From NCBI GenBank assembly GCA_009103225.1, contig RHPI01002402.1, forward strand, positions 1-64,000: a stretch of 64,000 nt of DNA, read 5' to 3'. Of the stretch, positions 1 through 10,800 are shown one piece after another. Source of the DNA: Chlorokybus atmophyticus (lineage: Eukaryota > Plantae > Mesostigma and Chlorokybus algae). The notes below the pieces were generated by a model, which was given only the letters and a program-made list of their open reading frames with translations, ran no database searches and was not told where the DNA came from. The translations under genes were made by a program, and so were the position numbers. Numbering within the stretch: position 1 is the first letter of the stretch; each line of letters begins with the position of its first letter.

Positions 1-101
1 GTTTGCCAGCATTGATCTTGCTGACAAACGACTGAAAATCCTGGATATACTGCTGAACCGGACGCCCGTTCTGACGCAGGTTGTGTAGCTGGCAAACCAT
101 G

Positions 102-317
102 GCAAAAGAGGCAGCCCCGGTTTCAGCTGCAAAGCGCCCGGCCACTGGCAACAAACCTTTTGTGAAAAAGGCGAAACCATCTCATCCTGCTGGCCCCTAC
201 AATGCGGCCTAATCCATCATCACTTGCAGTTTCTGCAAGAAGACAGGTCATGGGGAGGCTACGTGCTATGCAAAACAGAATGCACAGAAGGCCAAGCAGC
301 AGAGAGAAAAGAAATAG
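102..317 (+). pseudogene. gag: gag C-terminal fragment with CCHC zinc knuckle
   Basis: CSFCKKTGHGEATC (CX2CX4HX4C) at 225-266 is in the same frame as pol. In-frame TAA at 210-212 and TAG at 315-317; the frame upstream of ~100 is unclear. Confidence 0.85.
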
Positions 318-3300
318 GAATTGTCCGTGGTTGGTAGCTTAGTCGAGCAGAACGACTTTAAAAACTCTGTACTTCTTGATAAAGTTTCCTCTCTTTGCGA
401 TATATCAGATGTATGGACTGATATGAGCACACCACCTGTGTTGAGAAATGCAAACGGTTGTGTTTTAATCAATGTTCCATTCTCTGAATTAGTAACTGCT
501 GTTAAGCACTTACACGAGTTGCAATTACAACATGCTATCACTGCATGTGTAGTTATCCCTCGATATCATGGCCCGTGGTCGCGATTGTTGAAAGGGGGAG
601 AAGTAATCATGCAACTCTCACGCAAAGATACAGGAGCTTCACCATTGCAAGTGATCTTTATCAAGTCTGCTACCAATCACGGCACTCCGATATTAGCTAC
701 ATTTGATGGTCACTCAGTGCCACTCAAATGGAGATTTGAGAGTCAACTTATGGGTACACCATGTACAGCATTGATTGATACTGGTGCAAACCATAACTTT
801 GTTGAACATGCTTGGGTGAAACGTAATAACATTCCTTTCACACCAGTCACGTCATATGTACGTGCTGCTGGTTCCACTCTCAATGCAATGGGAGAGGTAA
901 AAGGGCGTTTTGTTATTAATGGCCATATAACCCGACCAGCCTTCATCGTGGTGGATATTGGTATCCCCGGGGTGGATGTTGTTTTAGGGGAACAATGGCA
1001 CACTGAAGCAGGTTTACAATTAGACTCTCGAGCCAATACGTGCACCCTTCGTAAAGGGAAACGTAGGATGACTTTAACAGCATCTGTACCCGCACGTATA
1101 CCACGCGATAATGTTCCGCTCCTCTCTGCTATGCAATTGAAACGTTGCATGCGTAAACGTGAGGACGTATACTTACTGCACTTACGACAGGTGGAAACAC
1201 CTGCTGAACAGGCTATCAGTGACCCTGTGGTGCAGTCACTTACGGAACAATACGCAGATGTATTTCAGGATGAACTCCCAGAGTTGCCTCCCGATCGAAA
1301 CATACATCATACCATTCCGTTAGAGGAGGGGGCAAAGCCACCTTGGCGGCCTATATACAGGCTAAGTCCCTTAGAACACGCGGAGATGGAAAAACAGCTC
1401 AAAGAGTTATTGGACAAAGGTTTAATAACAAAGAGCATATCTCCTTTTGGTGCACCAATTTTGTTTGTGCCCAAAAAGAATGGCAAGCTACGCATGTGTA
1501 TTGATTACCGTGCGTTGAACAAGGTCACTGTGAAAAACAGATACCCTTTGCCTCGGATTGATGATTTGTTTGATAAGCTGTCAGGTGCAACAGTGTTCAG
1601 CACGCTGGATTTGACCAGTGGTTATCATCAAATCAAAATCCACCCGTCGGATATACAAAAAACTGCATTTCGCACCCCACTAGGACACTTTGAGTATAAA
1701 GTGTTACCATTTGGGTTAACAAATGCACCGGCTACATTTCAGACAGCAATGAACGCGGTATTTGCTGATGAATTGTACAAGTTTATACTGGTATATCTAG
1801 ACGACATTATTGTGTTCAGCAAAACCCGGGAGGACCACCACAAACATGTGGAATTGGTTCTAGCTAGATTACGCGAACACAAATTCTATGCCAACCTGTC
1901 CAAATGCAACTTTGCAAAGGATGAACTACCCTTTTTAGGGCATGTGATTGGCAAAGAAGGATTGAAACCAGATCCTCAAAAGGTGTGTGCGGTAAAGGAT
2001 TGGCCACCACCCAAGGATGTACATCAGTTACGTGCTTTCTTGGGGCTAGCCAATTATTTCCGCAAGTTCATGCGAGCATATTCTGGCATGGCAAACCCTT
2101 TAACATCTTTACTAAGAAAAGATGTTAAATTTGTGTGGACGGAGGCACACGAGGTTGCTTTTACACGCATTAAAGATGCATTAACACAAGCCCCTGTGTT
2201 AGCCTTCCCCGACCACACCAAGCCTTTTGTGGTGATCAGTGATGCTTCCACCATTGGGTGTGGGGCAGTCCTTCTACAAGATGACAGACCATGTGCATAT
2301 GAAAGCAGAAAGTTCATTCCTGCTGAACGTAATTACACAACCACTGAGCAGGAATTGCTCGGGGTGGTGCACGCGCTGCGCACATGGCGTTGCTACTTGG
2401 AAGGGGTGGAGTTTTCAGTGATTACTGATCACAACCCGCTCACATTCTTTCATACGCAACAAAATCTGTCGAGGCGGCAAGCTAGGTGGAATGAATTCAT
2501 TTCTCGTTTCACTTTCACTTGGCAATACCGTCCGGGTCGCACCAATGTGGCGGATCCACTAAGTCGCAGCCCTGCTCTTTTGGCACTTACGCGCTCTCGA
2601 AGTACGCGTAATGTACAACAGCCTGAAGATCCTTTCTTAAAGGAAGTGTCCGCAGGTTATAACTCAGATGTTTGGTTTAGCAGTCAAACCAACTTGCAAC
2701 AGCTTACTGCTGTTAGCAATCTGTGGTATAAAGGGGAGCAGTTGGCAATTCCCAACTCGGGCGACTTACGTAAGCAATGCTTACATTCAGTGCATGACCC
2801 GCCGTATGCTGGGCATTTGGGGAAACACAAAACACTCAAATCTGCGCAACAGTTATACTGGTGGCCGTCAATGTCAGCTGACGTGGATCAATATGTTCGC
2901 ACATGTGACGTGTGTCAACGTAATAAGCCACTACGACAAAAACAAGCGGGATTGCTTAAACCATTGGCAATTCCAGAACAAAAGTGGGATAGTGTCAGTA
3001 TGGATTTGATTACTGACCTACCTGAAACAGCAGCTAAATACACTGCTATTGTGGTTTTTGTCGACCGTTTGACTAAAATGGTGCATTTTGCCCCGTGTTG
3101 CACAACTGTAAGTGCACGGGACTTGGCACACTTATTTGTGTCCACGGTCTTTCGCGTTCACGGTATACCGCGTGAACTTGTCACAGATCGTGATCCTCGT
3201 TTTGTCTCCAAGTTTTGGCGAGAAGTCTGTGAATTGTTGGGGGTAAAACAAAGCATGTCGACTGCTTTCCACCCGCAAACGGACGGTCAAACTGAGCGAG

Positions 3301-4049
3301 CAAATCAAATACTGGAAGAAATGCTTCGCCACTATGTGGCTCCTAATCATGCTGATTGGGACAGGTACTTGCCAATGGCAGAGTTCGCTGTGAACAACGC
3401 GTGGCAGGAAAGTGTAAAGGAAACCCCATTTTTCTTAAATTATGGGATTCGCCCAAACACACCAGCGTCATTGCGTGTACCTCGCAATGCCCTGACTGTA
3501 CCAGCGGCAAAGGAATTTGCCACTGATATGCAAGAAAATTTGGCTCGAGCCAAGCTGTGTCTGTCAGAAGCACAGGACAGGCAAAAAGCTTATGCTGATA
3601 CACATCGAAAAATGGCCACTTTCGATGTCGGCGATAAAGTTTTGCTGAATGCAAAAAACATAACCATCAAAGGTACGGGTGCTCGCAAGCTGCTGCCCCG
3701 ATGGTTAGGTCCTTGCTCTATTACTGATTGAGTTGGTACGCATGCTTATCGACTGCAATTGCCCCCAAGGGTGCGTATACACAACGTGTTTCATGTAAAC
3801 TTGTTGAAACCTTACCGCTCAGACGGTAGAACACAGCCTCCACCACCGCCAGTTGAGGTGGACAGCGAGCTCGAATACGAGGTGGAAGCTATATTGAACC
3901 ATAAGCTAAATGGTCGAGGACGCGCAACTCGCTATTTGGTGAAATGGAAAGGGTATGGCCCGGAACATAACAGTTGGGAGCCCGACAGGCATCTTACGCA
4001 CTGCCGCGAGTTGCTTCGAGCTTATTGGGATTCATGTCCTGTCCCATAA
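318..4049 (+). CDS. pol: pol polyprotein (MTase-like N-terminal domain, aspartic protease, RT, RNase H, integrase, chromodomain), interrupted by one in-frame TGA at 3729-3731
   Basis: PR LIDTGA (DTG 777-785); RT YLDD (1794-1805); RNase H ISDAS...TEQELL...TDH; IN HDPPYAGH...CDVCQ and SMD/TDRD/QTE. Chromodomain EYEVEAIL...YLVKWKGYGPEHNSWEP (to 4049) is in the same frame after the TGA. Confidence 0.95.
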
Positions 4050-4196
4050 ACTGTGGGCTTGGTTTTATGACAGACTGGCAGTGCAGTTTCATTACCACCC
4101 TGTCATTTCCTGCTATCTCTCTGGTTACAATTTCTCGAAATCAAGCCTGATCAACTTGAGTTCAACGAGGACGTTGAAAACCTAAGTGGGGGGGAA

Positions 4197-4722
4197 TGTA
4201 ACGGGAGCAATAATAATAGGGGTATTATTGCTACCTGAATAACACATTTTGTATGAATAAGTATTTAAATATGCTTATTTATACCTCTTTTCTACGGTTC
4301 CTCGCTTATTAAAGGCTATGATGCTTTATCATAGCTTAAATAAGTCCCAATGGGTGTAGAACCGCTTATTCAAGCCTATTTAGTGTCACATTTGATTTAA
4401 TGTGATCACTATCTCGTTAGGTACCTTGCGATATGTATCTTTGGATAGGTACCTTATCGATAGGTACCTTATCTGAGCTGTGATTGGCTCACGCTAGATT
4501 TCCTAACTACCCTATCTGTAGGGTCGATGTCTAGTTGTGAGTTAATTATCGAGAGTTATATAGTTGATATACTCTTGATATAAAAGGTCACATCAATCTG
4601 ATGTGGGGACTTTCAGTTCTCTGCTCAGTGGCGGCCACGCCGCTGAAAGGCTTGTCATAGGCGGTGTGGGTGTTGGGGTAGAGGATTGAAGGGGCATCAC
4701 CGGCGACGGTGGTGCTGTGACA
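4197..4722 (+). repeat. LTR, 526 bp (TGTAAC...GTGACA), TATA box at 4579-4585
   Basis: Preceded by a PPT, followed by a PBS, and about 90% similar by eye to the reverse complement of 5493-5994. Confidence 0.95.
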
Positions 4723-5170
4723 TTGGTATCGGAGCTTGAGACCCGGGTTCGATTCCTGCCTTGCACACGAATTCCGCGGTTGTTGTTTCTCGATCCATTT
4801 ACATCGTAAATGGTCACTTTATGAGTGCCATCATCGATGGGTCGCGACTTGTCTAATGGCAGTCGCGCCGAACTGACCAGTTCAGTCGTCGCGGCAGAGC
4901 GCGACCTGCCTATCGCGGCGACGCGACCTGTGGGGCCGGCAGTGGCGCGCTATGCGCGCGCTGACCGGTATGGGCCTATATTGGCCGGTCCTTGGCTGTG
5001 GGGCCGGTGACCGACCCTAACAAACCCCTTGGGTAATTCCCCAGCTGACCGCGCAGCTGCCGAGGACGTCAGCGTTCTTAAGTGGGGGGGAATGTAACGG
5101 GAAGGTACATTAATTACCACAAATCGACCATAAAAGCACCAAGTCTTTTGTGGTCGAGTGGGCTGTGACA
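4723..5170 (+). mobile_element. TRIM-like non-coding module: PBS, 370-bp internal region, PPT (5080-5092), 78-bp mini-LTR (5093-5170)
   Basis: The second PPT aagtgggggggaa is identical to the first and is preceded by the same cgaggacgt motif. It is followed by TGTAACGGG...GCTGTGACA, the same termini as the long LTR. Confidence 0.75.
4724..4735 (+). other. Primer-binding site, tRNA-iMet type (tggtatcggagc)
   Basis: Lies 1 nt after the LTR end; one mismatch to the canonical TGGTATCAGAGC. Confidence 0.85.
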
Positions 5171-5492
5171 CAATCACTGCAAGCAATGATAGTGCATTGG
5201 CAAGCCACTGTGTGATGTGCATGAAAGTACACACGTGCACCTGGCAAGCACCTGGCAAGCAGCTGACAAGCAGGTAAGCAGGCAAGTCACCGACGTGTGT
5301 GATGGTACCTCACACGTGGAGAGGCCGCCTCCTTCATAGGTGGCTTCAATGTGGAGGTAGCGCAGGGAAGCGAACTTGAAGCTTGGGCTGCGTGGACGAT
5401 TAGGAGGCCGCCGCCGACGCCTTCTGATTGGCCGAAAGCAGGTCGCCGCCCCTTATAAGTACCCACGTCACCCCCCAACTCCTGGATACCAA

Positions 5493-5994
5493 TGTAACAG
5501 CACCACCGTCGCCGGTGATGCCCCTTCAATCCTCTACCCCAACACCCACACCGCCTATGCCAAGCCTTTCAACGGCGTGGCCGCCACTGAGCAGAAAACT
5601 GAAAGTTCCCACATCAGATTGATGTGACCCTTTTATATCAAGAGTATACCTCTCGATAATTAACTCACAATTAAATATCGACCCTATAGATAGGGTAGTT
5701 AGGAAATCTAGCGTGAGCCAATCACATCTCAGATAAGGTACATATCCAAAACATACCTATCGTAAGGTACGTAACGTGATAGTGATCACATTATATCAAA
5801 TGTGACACTAAATAGGCTTGAAGAAGCGGTTCTACACCCATTGGGACTTATTTAAGCTATGATAAAGCATCATAGCCTTTAATAAGCGAGGAACCGTAGA
5901 AAAGAGGTATAAATAAGCATATTTAAGTACTTATTCATACAAAATGTGTTATTTAGGTAGCAATAATACCCCTATTATTATTGCTCCCGTTACA
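5493..5994 (-). repeat. Inverted LTR copy (502 bp, TGTAAC...GTTACA) followed on - by a PBS-like tggtatccagg (5491-5481); 5' LTR of a truncated element
   Basis: Reverse complement aligns along its full length with 4197-4722, with small indels. Confidence 0.93.
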
Positions 5995-7181
5995 ACTGCA
6001 CACAAGTTTGTGAGTACACACCCGCGCATGCACGCGCGCTAGCGAACATGCATGGAATGCATAGTGGAGGCAAGCATAGGGCACACTCGTAGACATAGAC
6101 ACATGTGTGTATACACACACAGGCATGCACGCAGAGTGGGACAGCAGGAGAGAAGGGGAGAGCAAGCGAGAGAAAGATTACCATGCTTGTGGGTGGTGGC
6201 AACTTGCTTGATGGACACTCAGTTTATGTTGAAAGTTATGGGGAGCTTGAATACAACCTGCACAACAAGCACAACGTGCATAAGAGATACAACAGATACG
6301 CACATAAGCAAATGCAGGCCGACGCACACACGCATGTATACACGCACATTGGCATGCCTTTGCGCCAAGGCAGGCAGGCAGGCATCACCTAGCAAACGCG
6401 CATGCAAGCAGAGGTAGAGGCAGAGGCTTGCATACCTGGGGTTGCCAGCATGTGCGTGCGTGCACGTGCGTGTGCTGAGCCAGGGAGGAGTTGAGATGGG
6501 TCAAAGGTTGCAGCAACAGGCTAAGCTGGAGACAGAGGCTGAGGATATAGACGGTGCAGCTATTGCATATCGAAATCTTGTGGCTAAGGACCACGAGTCT
6601 GCGCAACCAGCCCATAAATCTAAAAGCAAAAGTCGGCAAGCAGATAACGCGTATGCGCGTGCGTATGTGTGCGTGCCTATACTCGCATGCCTGTATGCGC
6701 ATGCGCATACTATCATATCATACGGCTAGTAGCAGTGTGAATCATGCGTGTGTTGAGTCATGTGCAGCGTCGCACGTGAAAGCGTACAACTACCTGTTGT
6801 GCCAAGAAGGGATCCGAGATAAGGCAGATGTCGAGGGAAAGATATTCTGTGGATAAAGGTGAAGATGAGGCTCACGCAGCTGAATGGGGACAGAATTGCC
6901 ATTAACATGACCACACTTTGCAACAGTTTCTCTAGGAAGCACAATTGTAGTCAGCAAGCAGTGACCGCATGCGCGCGCGTGCACATGCATGCGCATGCGG
7001 CAGTGTGTCACGCATGCATGCGCTAATTATTGTGCGAAGCAAACACATTTGCAACAGCATCGCTTGGGACATACCTGTTATGGAGTTAAAAGAGGCTGAG
7101 GCTGATGCAACTGAATTTGAAGGAAAGAACTTGATGTGGAGATTGCTGATTCCACTGCAGCATTGACATCGCTGATTCATG

Positions 7182-7345
7182 TTAGCACTTTGAAGGTGGC
7201 ATCGGTCTTTTCAGCTACAGTGCGTTGTTTGCGGGATGTAGTGGCCGCTTTACAACGGTATTTAGCACTTGGAAGGTGGCATCGGTCTTTTCAGCTACAG
7301 TGCGTTGTTTGCGGGATATAGTGGCCGCTTTACAACGGTATTTAG
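7182..7345. repeat. Tandem duplication of an 80-bp unit (2 copies)
   Basis: ttagcactt(t/g)gaaggtggcatcggtcttttcagctacagtgcg... starts at 7182 and 7262, with 2 mismatches. Confidence 0.95.
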
Positions 7346-8713
7346 TAAATGACACAAGCGTGCATAAAAGAAATCATGTTGATTTGCTGCAGCAAGTTGC
7401 CTGTACAAGTGCTGTCATTACATTGGTTTGCTTGCGCTGCGCTCAGCAGGAGCACCGAGAAGGCCAATGGTTGCAACGCTGGCCACGCGCATGTGCTGCG
7501 AAAGGTGCACCTCATAGTTGGCAATGCAGCGCTCCAAGTGAGCAAGCAGAAGCATACAAGCTTAGTTCGCAAGAGCACACGTAGCAGCACTTATGTTGTC
7601 TGGCTTATCTGCAATTTTGCCTGCAGCACAAAAACAATGCGCACACGCTACACTAAATGAGCCTCTCGCAGTGGCGTTGAATGCCTGGACGTGGGAGTTA
7701 CATTTTAAAGGGTACGAGACAGTGCTGCACAACATACACGCGCACGTGCGCATGCGCAGGCACACGCAGTTCGTAGGTGCGTGCTTAACTTATATGGGTC
7801 CAGCAGCAGGCTTTGGAGTTGAACTTGCTGGTCTTGAAGCACTTGGTCTAAGTAATGCAGCCATGGCTGTGGCGTCAAGAGCTGGGCGTGGGTTAGTATT
7901 GAAAGGAGGTGTTAACGCAATCCCAAAGCTTGGTCATGTATGGCTGTCGCAGCTGCGGGCATCTATCCGTGTCATGCTGGTTGGCCAGCCATTGCAGATG
8001 CTTGCAGCTGCAATAAAGAGTAGTATGTACATCAGTCTTCATGCTTACAACTACGATAATAAAGGGTGATGTGGCATGCCAAGTTCGCACGAGTGTACCT
8101 GTTGCCACTTGAATAGTGGCACTTAAGCACAATGCTCGCACTTGACGGTGGCAAAAGACTGTACTGCATCAAGTTGTAAACCTGCCAAGGGTTGCGCTCG
8201 GCAAGAAACTTCAACGGCCCTTGGTATCAACGAGCGAGATGAAGCGTGTAGTGTTGAAGCTAGCTTGCAAGTCACTGCAATCAGTAAGAGCAACGGTAAC
8301 AGCAAATTCAAACATCCGCAACGATACCCGTTATATTGTTGGCAACAATCTTGTACTATCTGGGTGGCGTGTTTGCTGACACTTTAGACAGCAACCGTGA
8401 CGCCTCGTGGCATACGCAGTGTTTGGCAACAATGCCGCTAGCGTGGAGCCCGCCCACCTGCTCATGTAAATAAAGTGTTATGCATGCACCACAGAAGGAA
8501 ACCCTAGACAAGGGTGGTTAGAACATTGAAAACACTACATGCAGTGAATGCAAGCACCGACTCAACAGCTCATGTATGGCAACACATGCGCCTGCAAATG
8601 CAAGCAAAGGCACATATATATCAGCACACATGAGTGGGAGCAAAGACATTTGCAATGACAGAACACGTATGTAAACATGCTAGTGAACCTTATTTTGGAA
8701 GGCCGTTTGAGGT

Positions 8714-8717
<4 letters not shown>

Positions 8718-8747
<30 letters not shown>

Positions 8748-8748
8748 N

Positions 8749-8782
<34 letters not shown>

Positions 8783-8785
8783 GAG
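8718..8785. repeat. (GA)n microsatellite
   Basis: Direct reading. Confidence 0.98.
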
Positions 8786-9996
8786 TACGATTGTATGGCA
8801 AAGCGGCAGGGGTGGTGGCTTCAGCAGAAGTTGCGGATAAGGCAATGCAACCATTTGCTCAGGTATTTTTCTTTTTTTCTTTTTTATGTTTTAAACTCAT
8901 TGACGTTCATGATGCAATTGAGCATGTGCGTCTTTAGACAATGTCACAAAATATGAATAACAGATTGTATGGCATAGAAGGCACCGTTGAAAGTCTCAAG
9001 TTCAGGCAATGTAATAATAATATTCAAGTAAGTCAAAACAGTTACCATATACCAAGCTTATTGTGCATGGTATATTGATCTTCATGATTCAATAGCGCAC
9101 TGCATACTCAATTCATGCAGTGCAATGATTGCCTTGAGCATGCGCGTTGAATGGTTTCTATAATGGCCTTTCAACTATCATGTGATAATGTGTGATCATT
9201 GCTGAAACGGTCATTTGTGCACTATTATAATGTTTCATAAACGGCCTTCTGAGCAACTGCTTGTGCGCGATTGGACATCAATAGTTGTATACACATAGCA
9301 TGGACAAGCATATACTTAACATACTTAATATAGTGGATTCAAGTTCATAAGCAATACACAATGCAAGATGCCAGCTGTGGGCAGAATACGCAGAGATTGC
9401 TTGTTTTATTAAACGTTTACAATCAATTTTAGGTATTCGAGGTCAGAAAGCTGATGCGCTTGAATGCAACATCTGTGTGGACCGCTCAATCTTACATTGC
9501 TCTATTACAGTATTGAGCTGCATGCTCTATTACACTATTGAGCTGCATTAGTTAGTAAATGTGTACAGAATATTGCAAGCTTCAGTATCAAATTAAAGCG
9601 GTATGCGCAACGCATATAGTTAATTAAAACGCACAAAAAAACACCATATGCTATCTGACTTAATAATTAATAATTATAAAGAAAAGCTATGGGCATGATG
9701 CGTGATGCTTCAGCACTCACTATGCCTCGTAGTGCATAAACCTTATGTTTGCCGGACAGTATTCAATAGTGGATGCTCATCACGTTCACGATAAGGGTTT
9801 GGGTTTGAGTGAATGATCATATATTTGTATACATTGTAATGTCCGACCAACACAACATTTATAAAGTGCTAATGAACTTAGCTAGTCTCTTTGAATGAAA
9901 TGCAAGTTCATGCTTTAATGTACGTACTATAGTACAAGTGCGTCTTAAGTAAACTTTACAATTTTGCCCTTAAGGGTATTCTGTTTCATGGTTTAC

Positions 9997-10093
9997 NNNN
10001 NNNNNNNNNNNNNNNNNNNNNNNNNNNNNNNNNNNNNNNNNNNNNNNNNNNNNNNNNNNNNNNNNNNNNNNNNNNNNNNNNNNNNNNNNNNNN
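9997..10093. other. Assembly gap (97 N)
   Basis: Run of N. Confidence 1.
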
Positions 10094-10519
10094 CTTGTCG
10101 TGGACACTGGCTCAGCTGTATCAGATGTTGCTGCAGCACTCGTGTGGTCCCCACTATGCTGATATGTTTAACAATGCGGCCGCAAGCTTGTTTGGCAGGG
10201 CTAAGGTGGACAAGCTGTTCGATGAGCGCAAGCTCGTTGCGCAACTTGATGCCCCGTACAGCGAGCAAGCTCAGGCCTGAATGCGAGACCGCCCTCCCGA
10301 GCAGCAAAGGTGTGCTCACACGTGCTTCACTTGGTTGCTGGCAATGCTAGCCTAGCATTAAATTTGTTGGAAGAAGTACCTTCGAGGCCTAGCAGATGAT
10401 GGGGCCTGTTCCAACGCGCTTGGCAGCTGTGGGCTGAGGCGCATGCGCGTGTGCGCAGCTGAGTTGGTATGCGTATTTGTATGCGTGCATGTGCAGCTGC
10501 TATATGTCCACTTCAAGCA

Positions 10520-10800
10520 TGTGCGTGCAGCTGCTGCGTCATGCATCATGTCGCCGTTGATCCGGCATGCGTGCGTGTGCAGCTGCGTTTGTGTCCGCTG
10601 TAAGCATGCGTGCGCGGCTGCTGCGTCATGCGTCATGTCGCTGTTGATTCAGCACGTGTGTGTGTGCAGCTGTGTTTTCGATCCGCCTTGCATGTGTGTT
10701 TGCAAATGCGTGTGCGAATGCGTTTCTGCCCGCTTTAAGCGCATCATGCACACACGATGTGTGCAGCTGCTGCGTCATGGGTCACCGTTGATTCTGCACC
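10520..10800. repeat. Degenerate tandem repeat (3 copies, about 90-150 bp spacing)
   Basis: gc(a/g)gctgctgcgtcatg...c(c/t)gttgat recurs near 10527, 10614 and 10763. Confidence 0.7.

Larger units (their letters stand above)
1..4722 (+). mobile_element. Ty3/gypsy chromovirus LTR retrotransposon; 5' part lies outside the window (gag end, pol, PPT, 3' LTR)
   Basis: Domain order is Zn knuckle, PR, RT, RNaseH, IN, chromodomain. The PPT aagtgggggggaa (4184-4196) is directly followed by a TGT...ACA LTR (4197-4722). Confidence 0.97.

Noticed and set aside
104-170. Second zinc-knuckle-like string GFSCKAPGHWQQTFC in another frame of gag
   Set aside because: It lacks the first Cys and has the wrong H-C spacing. 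The clean CCHC is in the pol frame, so this is probably chance.
3720-3760. Apparent frameshift between integrase and chromodomain (two ORFs in the track)
   Set aside because: Both ORFs are in the same frame. It is a single TGA, probably from CGA, and there is no sign of Sec recoding.
5176-5180. actgc matching the 5-bp flank (5995-5999) of the inverted LTR as a possible TSD
   Set aside because: It is not adjacent to an LTR terminus. The - element is truncated, so no TSD can be assigned.
7182-7345. Repeat pairs (also 15099-15300 and 51021-51079) as CRISPR-like arrays
   Set aside because: They are contiguous tandem copies without unique spacers, there are no cas genes, and the context is eukaryotic.
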